NCBI GenBank assembly: GCA_024626585.2
Contig: JANKJI020000002.1
Coordinates: 95,850,793 to 95,867,708 of the forward strand
Direction of reading: 5' to 3'
DNA: 16,916 bases
Source: Ginkgo biloba
Taxonomy: Eukaryota; Plantae; Ginkgophyta
Positions 1 to 9,015 of this stretch are shown here, piece by piece (position 1 is the first letter of the stretch; each line of letters opens with the position of its first letter). The notes beneath the pieces are model-generated. The model was not told where the DNA came from and made no database searches. It saw nothing but the letters and a program-made list of their open reading frames with translations. Made by a program: the position numbers and the translations under genes.

Positions 1-1832
1 AGAGAGGGAATTAAGCACTAAAGAAAACTTTGGCTAAAACTTTTTGCAATCCCTTCAATGATTGTAATATGATTTGGCATCCGTAATGGAATTCGTTGGT
101 TTATGCAAGCTTTTGGACTTGTGTGTCCTTTCTTGTTACAAAACACTTAGAGAGAGTGAGTGGCGGGTGATATCAAAGGTGAAAACCATATGTGCAAATG
201 ATTGCAATACTATGTCAAGCATAGAATAAAATCAAATAGTACACTTTTTTTTAAAAATTACTTTAAAAATAAAAATTGTGTAAATATGCATAGCAAGTTT
301 TCATGTGTTTAATAAGGATTCATAAACTTCATATTATTGGCTTGATATCACTACATGCATCACATTGCTTTGATGTTAGAATATAGATATATATAAAATA
401 GAATAAATAATTCAAAATAACTTTTGAAAAAACAAATATAGCTTCTTGTAGCATAAGTGAACCCTTCTTACACAGTTAAAAAGAAATGTTTTCAATAAAG
501 TTTTCCAGTAGAAAAGAAACAAAGTTGTTTTACCCCTTGTTAAATCTAAGTGAAAACCATGATGAAGAGAATACTTTTTAACACGGTGCATTAGAAAGAT
601 TGGTATTGAACATAATGTGTATTGAAATGTCACAAAAATGTGTATGCGACTCACTATTTATTACATTACAACATCAAAAGAATGATTTCTAAGCATTATT
701 ACTAATAATATCTTTGAATGTTAAAGCATTTTTTCTTGAGAAATGTGTTTCTTAGAATGTATAAGTGAATGTATGCTTGACCATTGCTTAACAAGTATTA
801 TTAATCATCTTGCCAACAAGTATGCATATATTTAATTTAATTATTAAGGATCTTTTAGTTCTTTTTTTTCTTCCTTTAACATTATAAGCATANNNNNNNN
901 NNNNNNNNNNNNNNNNNNNNNNNNNNNNNNNNNNNNNNNNNNNNNNNNNNNNNNNNNNNNNNNNNNNNNNNNNNNNNNNNNNNNNNNNNNNNNNNNNNNN
1001 NNNNNNNTGATAATTGTGGGACCAACTTATTGAAGCAAGCAATGTGGTGCATGTGACTAGAGGATGCTTTAAAACTTACTTCTTCCAAAAGTCTTTAATT
1101 GAGAGTCAATGTTTTCTCTCAACCACCAATTTAAAGTTATATACAACTCACTAAAAAAAATGTATTTAAACTATGTTGACCTTCAAGTTACCAATCACCA
1201 ATATTAATCATTAACGCTAACATAGTTGGGAATGCTAATCCCAACACTACACAATATAAATTGATCATTTCCACCACCTTTGTTGGGGATGGTAGCCCTA
1301 AACATACATTACCATTAGAGCTACCAACACATCAAATAATCATTAAATTAAATATAACATAAATGTATGAGGCCAATTGAACATGTGGAACTCCTCATCT
1401 ATCATTTTCTATATTGTACAAGCTTATCCTCAAATCCTATTTAAATAGTAAAGCAACTTGTAGCATTGCCTAATTAGGAAAATGACTTGTTAAAGCCTTG
1501 TTTGGTTTCTAAAGTGACTTGCTCGAGTCTTTGCTTTAATTTCTAGAGTGTCTTACAACTCCCTTACTTGATTAGTAAGATATTTCACTACAACTTTGCT
1601 TTTACTCTGATGTAATAAGGCCATTACAATTTTCTTTAAGTTGAAAACCAAAATAATTAGAAAACATAAAATTACACTAGATTATAAAATACTACAAACT
1701 TGTTAAGTAGATTACGTTATTTTTCATTAAGATCATCTAAAGCATAGCCTATATAGTAAAGGTCTCATGGAAATTACTTAGTTGTGCAAATAGGTAAGAT
1801 AAAAGAGAACAAAAGTGTTTAGACTTAAGGTG

Positions 1833-1848
1833 CACACACACACACACA
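1833..1848. repeat. (CA)8 microsatellite just before an assembly gap
   Basis: Direct read. Confidence 0.9.
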
Positions 1849-2385
1849 TAGANNNNNNNNNNNNNNNNNNNNNNNNNNNNNNNNNNNNNNNNNNNNNNNN
1901 NNNNNNNNNNNNNNNNNNNNNNNNNNNNNNNNNNNNNNNNNNNNNNNNNNNNNNNNNNNNNNNNNNNNNNNNNNNNNNNNNNNNNNNNNNNNNNNNNNNN
2001 NNNNNNNNNNNNNNNNNNNNNNNNNNNNNNNNNNNNNNNNNNNNNNNNNNNNNNNNNNNNNNNNNNNNNNNNCATTAAAAAATAAATGCAACATGGAACA
2101 AAGTGGAAACGTAAATGTAAGCATAACAAACTTATAACATAACAAAGTATATGAGACATAGAATAAGGTTACATCAAGAGAGGGCATTGTTTTTCTCTTA
2201 GCCCTCCTTTTTTACTATCTTTCAAGGCCTAAACAAAAAGTAGGTTCTCATAAGAACTCGAACAAGCACTTTGAGTGTAGTAGCTCAAAGTAATGGCAAA
2301 GAGAGCGCTTTACGCATCAATAATAACTTGAAAACAAATAAACTNNNNNNNNNNNNNNNNNNNNNNNNNNNNNNNNNNNNNNNNN

Positions 2386-2498
2386 ACTTCTAACCCATTC
2401 AACAAGTTCACATTTAAAAAAAAATTAAAAACTTCCAACCCATCCATCCACTCGGAGAAGGGTTCACATTTAGAAAAAAATCAAAAAGCTTCCAACTC
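2386..2498. repeat. Degenerate direct repeats (CTTCCAAC..GTTCACATTT-A-rich), about 2.5 copies
   Basis: ACTTCTAACCC (2386), ACTTCCAACCC (2431) and GCTTCCAACTC (2488). GTTCACATTTA followed by an A-run occurs twice. Adjacent to an N gap. Confidence 0.6.
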
Positions 2499-3418
2499 GT
2501 CGACTTGGAACCCATTAGGCTCTTGTACAACAAGTTGCTAACCTATGCATTCTTTTGTGCAGGGTAATTTGAACACTATCTTCAATAAATGCCTTTTTTG
2601 AGTTTAACGTATTAAATATAAAAAATCAAACCCATCCAAAAGGCCTACATGGTGGTGTCATAATCTTTAATATTTTTTAATATCCCATTACTAAAAATTA
2701 AATAATATTAGAAACTGGATAAGAGATAAATCAATAATTACATAAATGTGGAGAGAAATTGAAGTTGTTTACAATTGGTGAATTTTCAATAGCGTCTATC
2801 CACCTATCAATAGTGTACAAACTATTGGGTGGAATTTTATTGGTGGAATTGTTGCAACACCATTGGTGAAATTGCAACAACAAAATAAAGTGTTTGCCGC
2901 TGAACTTTGAGCCTAAAACTTTGGTCATCCCAACACCTAGGGTTACCATTACTCTCGCGTGCATCTTGTTAAAACTTTTGACCTCGAACACTTTTATGTT
3001 GTATTTCCATTGGTATTGACAATTCCAAACATGGTTNNNNNNNNNNNNNNNNNNNNNNNNNNNNNNNNNNNNNNNNACGTAAATTGAATTGCAACTTGAT
3101 GGATGCATAGACACATACGAGAATCCCCTACCCATCCCTCCACCCAAGGACATTAAAGCCATGGCAATATCAATTACGCAGCAGCAAAAGAGTAAGACAC
3201 CTAGTCAATCATGTAACACAAGCAATAAGACAATTTGGATTTAGACAGGCCAAAATACCAAGTATGGATCGCATCCACGGGAGCAAGAGTTCCATTTTGA
3301 AATGGTCACCATAGGATTCAACCCACGTCTTCTACACACACCCCCCACAGGAAACTTTAAAAAGACAGTACAGCATGTCATGTTGTGTTGCTTTTTCTAT
3401 TTAATTTTCTGCTTTTAG

Positions 3419-3904
3419 ATTTCCAGTTTTGAATTGGGTTTTGGAGACATACGAATTGGTAGAACAGAAAAAATTGCATCTTCCGTAGATTTTGTTTGCT
3501 TTTGGAATTTTTCGACTTGCAGCTTTACTGAAGAAATTGAAAAGTGGTAGGTCTGCAATGGGAGGAAGATATACAACAATGGACAGCTGGTTGTTGGGTG
3601 GGTCAGGAAAAATAGTACAGAGATGTATATAAACCGTGTTTGTGTTGCAATATGAGGGTGGAATTATGTGGGGAATGATAGTCGATTCCTTGAGAAATTG
3701 AGAGCAGTGTGTCCTGTGCATGGATGGGAACTGGAAGTCAAAGAATATATGCATGGCTGTTGGTGTTGCAGACCACCAACTTTGAAGAAGACTAAGCAAG
3801 ACTTAAAAGCTGCTGCAGACAACTACAAGTGGACGACCATGTTGATAATAATGGATGACCTGAGAGAAGCGAGTGCGCTGCACTCATTCCAAAGCCATCA
3901 ATGA
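3419..3904 (+). pseudogene. Unidentified pseudo-exon (162-codon frame with two internal stops)
   Basis: Starts right after a pyrimidine-rich acceptor (ctttttctatttaattttctgcttttAG, AG at 3417-3418). One frame runs to TGA 3902-3904, broken only by TAG 3548 and TGA 3653. No family recognised. Confidence 0.35.
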
Positions 3905-4011
3905 TTTGATTTACATGCTCATTTATGTATACATAAACACACACACGCCCGATACAACATAGAGAATAGGGACAGTTGTTCATTGTGATAAATATGGTTG
4001 CTGGAGAATTC

Positions 4012-4502
4012 ATGGAGAACTGGATTCCTTCCACAGAACTTTATAACAAAAGAGCTTCACACCAGAGTCGCAAGGTGGACATACGCACCAGTTGTGAGAA
4101 TAAGGATGGACAGAGCAGAAGAAACCCGTCATTCTCATCTGCTCTCCTCGAAGCAATTTCCAAGTCGACTGAGAACAGTACTGAAGAGCTGAGGATTTGT
4201 AAAGGGCAGAAGATGCAGATGAAAATTTCCAGAGATTCGAGCATTAGACGAGCAGACAAGGAGGAACCTCGTGTGGCTATCATGCATAACAGATCTGGGG
4301 AGATAGACATATTTGAAGCTGAAAAATATTTCAGCTACGAGACAGAGAGATCAACGAACCCAACAGATGATGAAGACCAAGTAATGGAGAATAGCAAGCA
4401 TCAGGATGCGGTTATCTTCTCCTTTCAATTGGATACAAGCTCAGATAGTAGCATTGTTAATGGTCTAAACACACCAAATTGGAAGTTTTCTTCATCAGAA
4501 GC
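4012..4502 (+). CDS. BIG GRAIN 1-like protein, N-terminal part (5' half of a split gene or a truncated duplicate)
   Basis: The ORF 3976-4629 contains MENW (ATG 4012, ttcATGG; alternative ATG 3994), RRNPSFSSALLEAISKS (from 4117, resembling the BG1-family N-terminal PSFSSxLLxxIYRS motif) and HNRSGEIDIFEAEKYFS (4285-4335). Homology ends at TPNWKFSSSEA (4502). The frame then reads into antisense TE sequence and stops at 4629. Confidence 0.8.
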
Positions 4503-5581
4503 AAATCCCTCAAACCAAATGGCGAGATTTCCTTTCTTCTTTGTTGTTGTCGCCTTGGGGGTATCTCATTGTTGCTCCTCTAGACATGGACTGCATCTTC
4601 TTTCTTCTCTCCTATTGCCAAAGGACTAACCAGGCAACTGCCTCTTCTTTTAAGACTCCAATGTTTTTTTATTGGAAATGTTCCAACAACTCCAGATTTG
4701 GTTGTGTGAAATCTTCACTGGCATGTACAAATTGCACATTGCAGAAACCATTTCCCTTTTTTATGATACCAACAAACATTGAATAATCAACGTTGCATAA
4801 TCGTAGGATGTGAATTGAACACGTGGAACTTGCATTATCAATCCTCACAAAACAATATGTTGCTTAGACAGACCCTTACCTCTTCACAAATATTTTTGGG
4901 CATCCCTTCCAAACTCACAAATTTACAGAGACTATTAAGATAGACCAACTTAGACTTGGATATTGCTGGGTATCCTAACTTCTATCCTCTTGACTCACAA
5001 AGCATGCTATGGTAGACACCATAGCTTGAACTTAGTATAACAACACAACCTCATGGACTGATTTCACAACCTCACAATACAAAACTTCATTCTTCATAAA
5101 TCTCTGCATACATAGTCTTCACATAGAAAACTTCAACCATACAACTTCAAACTTGAAGCTCTGATACTACATGTTGGAAAAAAAATAACATGCTTTGACA
5201 CCACTTGAAGAAAATAAACAAAGTTGCATAACATAACTCAATACAATAATCTCTCTCATGTTTTACACTCCCGACATCTTAGCATTGACAATAGACCTGC
5301 AACTACAAATTCAACAAGAACTCACACAACATAGACATAAAGAAAAACAACATACATGCAAGCGACAAACAATACTCCTCTAGAATTCCAAACACCATGC
5401 ACCATACACACCAGAGAGGAGGGATTGAGGTGTAATGTTGCACCACCTTCTCATCTTCTCTTTTCATTAGTAACATAAATATAAACTACAAACATACATA
5501 ACATATACTCTTTGCATGTAATTGACTTACTCACTTTTTGACACATATTCACTTTAATTCACATATTATAATATTCCAACT
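4503..5581 (-). mobile_element. Truncated LTR retrotransposon 5' end (probably Ty1/copia): LTR, PBS and degenerate gag-like frame
   Basis: The minus strand reads ...TTCCAACA|TGTAGTATCAGAGC (5171-5158), a variant of the tRNA-iMet PBS TGGTATCAGAGC abutting an LTR end. The putative LTR runs 5172 to ~5581, bounded on + by TGTTGGAA...TTCCAAC(t); an alternative end is near 5701. Minus frame 4791-4498 has three stops (TAA, TAG, TGA, each one C>T away from a sense codon) and ends in a basic stretch plus GICF, like the start of a gag zinc knuckle. Confidence 0.6.
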
Positions 5582-5701
5582 TTCCCTTGACATGTGACCA
5601 TTCTAACGTTAACTTGCACCAACATTAAGTGACTAACTCAACTTCATGTGACTAACTTAAAGTGAATAATGTGACCTCAACTAACATTACATATTCTAAC
5701 A

Positions 5702-5812
5702 CTATGATATTATGTTGCTTCTATGTAAAAAAAATGCATGCCTATATTATGATTATATTCTATGATATTGTGTTGCTCCTATGTAAGAATTGCATGCATA
5801 ATATTATTGTTA
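5702..5812. repeat. Two-copy ~58-bp tandem duplication
   Basis: CTATGATATTATGTTGCTTCTATGTAA..TGCATG (5702) versus CTATGATATTGTGTTGCTCCTATGTAA..TGCATG (5760). Confidence 0.8.
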
Positions 5813-6113
5813 ACGTCTATTCCACACTTAGGACCCCTATTTAGTCAACACAAGATACAATAAGAGGAGACAAATATACCATAAAACATGTGATCCCAAT
5901 GAAGAGTTCAAAAAGTTCTAGTAAACCTTATTTAAAATCCCCATGGCATTGCATGAGTTCATTGAGAAACCAACAGACTACAAATTGTAGAATTTTTGGA
6001 GGTATGTAACACTGGAAATAAGAGGAAATAAGAAAAATGATAACTTATTGGAAACACTCAAGAATCTTGATCCGTATTCGAATCCACAAGAAGTCTGTGT
6101 CGGCGAAAGGATG

Positions 6114-6248
6114 AAGTCTCAAAGACAAACCGACAACAAATAAAGTCTTGAAGACAAGCTAACGACAGACAAAGTCTCAAAGGCAAATAGACGACAGAGA
6201 AAGTCTCGAAGACAAAACCGACGACAATTGAAGTTCCGAAGGGCAAAG
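6114..6248. repeat. Degenerate tandem repeat, ~29-bp unit x ~4.5
   Basis: Units start at 6114, 6143, 6172, 6201 and 6231, with consensus approximately AAGTCTCRAAGACAAAYCGACGACARANA. No spacers. Confidence 0.85.
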
Positions 6249-6478
6249 ATTAGCGAATGACATAGAGGGCTTGTCGATGTCGACAGAAGGATCAAATGGG
6301 ATTCCAGTGCTCGAATGGTGGACGCAATAGAAAATGTTTGGCGATAGAGAGACTTAGCCCAACGGAGACGAAAGGAGTCACATACTCCGACAGTCCAACA
6401 GACAGAGAAAATCAAAGGAAGTTGTTCCCTTGTCCTAGGTGATATATCGCTCCCTTGCTCACAAGGGAGGAAAAGTGA

Positions 6479-6578
6479 NNNNNNNNNNNNNNNNNNNNNN
6501 NNNNNNNNNNNNNNNNNNNNNNNNNNNNNNNNNNNNNNNNNNNNNNNNNNNNNNNNNNNNNNNNNNNNNNNNNNNNNN
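6479..6578. other. Assembly gap of exactly 100 N (likely unknown true size)
   Basis: Counted 100 N, as at 11601-11700 and 14430-14529. Other gaps: 893-1007, 1853-2071, 2345-2385, 3037-3076, 9732-10148, 13092-13312, 16575-16671. Confidence 0.9.
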
Positions 6579-6579
6579 C

Positions 6580-7707
6580 ACACCAAATTGGAAGTTTTCT
6601 TCATCAGAAGCGGATCAATCTCAATGCAGGACAACAAGACGAGGATCAACGAAAGCAGCAGATGTTGCAATTAGCAAACAATACGGTTCATCAGCGTGCA
6701 AATGGGAGAACAGCACCAATTCCCATAGTCTGGATCACTCAGAGGAACGTTCTCTGCACAAATCCAGAGAACGCCATGGAGTATCAATGAAAGAAAATCT
6801 TATGACTGCTCGCCACAGTAAATTGAGCCAGGAGCCCACGAAGAAGCCCAAGCAGCCAATGTCTCCTGGAAGTAAGCTCGCCAGTTTTCTGAATTCTCTG
6901 TTCATTCCCACCTCTACCAAGAAGAAACCAAAGCAGAATGACCAGGCAATTGGAGACAGTGGGTCGGCCTGTGGTGGTCGACCCAGAAGAAAAGAAAGGT
7001 CAGCCAAGGCTGATAATGGTACCAATTCATCCGAGAAAGGAAGCTATTCGGTTTATTCAAGGTCGTCCAGTGCAGATTTGGGCACTCACACCCCTTCATC
7101 TACCAGAACCAATGCATCCACTTCTTCCTCTGTTGCTTCACTCAACATCTCCAGTTCATCACAAATTAAGGACCTCTACAAGTCCATCATGCAAGACAAA
7201 AAGAAGGATGACCATGTTATGAAGAGGTATGATTCATCTCTAGACGCTTGCTCATATCACCATGTCAAGCTCAAGTCTTCCTTTAGCCGGTCTACAAAGA
7301 ATGACACCGGTGGTGTCCGGAGGTCGGTCACATTCTATCCAACCAGTGTCATACTGGATGAGAATGCTCGACCTTGTGGTGAGAAGTACTTGACTAGAGT
7401 GGAGAATCCGAAGAACTATAATCTGCCATTGTTGAGCAAAACGCTGAGACTAAAGTTGTTAGATCAAGGTAGAATTCCATCAGAGTATTTAATACATCAT
7501 CCGGATGGCAAATACTCCTCCCATAAATCCAAAAGTAGCCTGGCTTTGGATGTGGACGACGACGATGCAGACAGCGATTCAAGCTCTGATCTTTTTGAGC
7601 TGGAGAATTTTGATGCAATGGACATGAGCATATACTCAAGAGACCTCCCTGTTTATGGGACTACTCATATGGAGACTAATAAAGCTATTGCCAATGGGTC
7701 ACTCTGA
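6580..7707 (+). CDS. BIG GRAIN 1-like protein, central and C-terminal part (5' end hidden by the gap or supplied by 4012-4502)
   Basis: Uninterrupted frame from the gap edge to TGA 7705-7707. It carries BG1-family motifs KQPMSPGSKLASFLNSLF (SPG..LF at 6862-6903), RRSVTFYPTSVILDENARPCGEK, an acidic run plus SDSSSDLFELEN (7573-7608), and LPVYGTT...NKAIANG at the C-terminus. Ser-rich linkers and no intron, as is typical of the family. Confidence 0.9.
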   Translation, partial: TPNWKFSSSEADQSQCRTTRRGSTKAADVAISKQYGSSACKWENSTNSHSLDHSEERSLHKSRERHGVSMKENLMTARHSKLSQEPTKKPKQPMSPGSKLASFLNSLFIPTSTKKKPKQNDQAIGDSGSACGGRPRRKERSAKADNGTNSSEKGSYSVYSRSSSADLGTHTPSSTRTNASTSSSVASLNISSSSQIKDLYKSIMQDKKKDDHVMKRYDSSLDACSYHHVKLKSSFSRSTKNDTGGVRRSVTFYPTSVILDENARPCGEKYLTRVENPKNYNLPLLSKTLRLKLLDQGRIPSEYLIHHPDGKYSSHKSKSSLALDVDDDDADSDSSSDLFELENFDAMDMSIYSRDLPVYGTTHMETNKAIANGSL

Positions 7708-8878
7708 TATATCGACAACCATAATATCTATTCTATTCTAGTCTATTCCAGTTTCTTCTGCTTTTCTTCATAAAGTGAAATCTTTACCTGAATTCATATG
7801 TTTTCATTCTATTCTGATCTATAAGCTCTAGTACATTCTTTGAAAAATGATTATTTTTGTTAAGTTTTGATCCTACTCTAAACTCGGTTCTACTGCATTC
7901 TTTCAAAAACGACTTCTGTAAGCAGCAGGATTTATATGTTTAGATTCAACTCTGACCCCTGTTCTACAGATTTTTTCATAAGTTGGTTTTCTTTAAAGGT
8001 GGATTAATATAGTTTGATTCTATTCTAATCTGAATTCTTCTAAATAATTCTATCCATGCATTCGGGGCAGATCTGAGTCTGTATATTGTTGTTCTGTTGC
8101 TGGTAGTTGTGGGATATAAACTTTAATGAACATGAGTTGATTGAGCTTCCTTCTTTGCATGCGCCAGAGAATGTTCCCAATGCTCTTGGATTCCTGATAC
8201 AGTCGAATCTTTCTCCTCTTTTTCCTTGTCGTCTGAATTGAATTATCTGCTGACAATGCTGACACGGGCATGATGCTATAGTGTCGGCACTAAATGTAGG
8301 CATATATTGCTCTCTGACTGTAGTTGTACGCGTCCACGTCTACCAGATGCGGAGGGAATCAAGCTGTCTTATTAAAGTCACCATGTGATCACTGACACGC
8401 ATATTTTAGCAACATCTGACAGCTATAGTAAGAACATTAGTATGAACAGTTTGTATGTAAGTGGTCATGTCGGAATCAACATTAAATTGTTGAGCTCGAG
8501 GATGTGTCGACAGTATTTTATTGTTGTTTGCAAAAGGAGTTCCGATTCTGGTTGGAAATTATATTTGTGTGTTTTTGGTTCTGCTAATAACAAAGCTATA
8601 CAATTATAATTGCGGAATTCCAATCATGCCATCTATATAATAACGATCAAAACGAATGGATTTGCGTGCTTAAAATCTAAAGGAGTTCCTCGGAAAGAGT
8701 ACCATTTCTTCACACATCAGCGATAGATTTCCCACAAACAGCAGAGGAGGAGTTTGCAGACATGTAAAATAACACATCACACAGTTGCGATTTGATAAAG
8801 CCCAACTCAGCTCAATTAAGTAGCATTTATCCTTCAATACTAGTGCTTCTATCTCACTCCATATGTAAAGAGCTGTAC

Positions 8879-9015
8879 TTACATCTAGATCAACCACTAC
8901 TGAATGGAGTTTGGTAAGACTGTAAACACTGAGTTTTATTTGTGGAATAAAAAAGGGCAGGAAGGCATTTATATCTAGATCAATACCTGCTGAATGGAGT
9001 TGCCAAGACTGCAGA
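8879..9015. repeat. Diverged direct repeat, ~45-bp core, 90-bp period
   Basis: ATCTAGATCAAccactaCTGAATGGAGTTtggtAAGACTG (8883) versus ATCTAGATCAAtacctgCTGAATGGAGTTgccAAGACTG (8973). Confidence 0.8.

Noticed and set aside
412-2187. Short or N-spanning ORFs in the ORF track here, and likewise at 9667-10215, 12985-13425 and 16562-16789
   Set aside because: Artefacts of N-runs lacking stops, or short AT-rich frames with no recognisable motifs.
6114-6248. CRISPR-like array (29-bp periodicity)
   Set aside because: Units are head-to-tail and degenerate with no unique spacers. There are no cas genes and the context is eukaryotic.
6439-6478. ORF-track start of the 422-aa ORF (MIYRSLAHKGGKV)
   Set aside because: It uses a GTG start and is joined to the real frame only through a 100-N gap. 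It lies in repeat-like sequence.
4503-6611. The interruption of the BG1-like gene is a normal intron
   Set aside because: No canonical donor/acceptor pair at the overlap restores the full frame. Only a weak donor at 4463 (ATG|GTCTAA) with the AG at 6606-6607 is in phase, and it would delete ~14 codons. Acceptors inside the gap cannot be assessed.
5271-8475. Scattered TGTCGG/CCGACA hexamers as auxin-response elements
   Set aside because: Isolated hexamers, mostly within TE-like sequence or downstream of the gene. Not distinguishable from chance.
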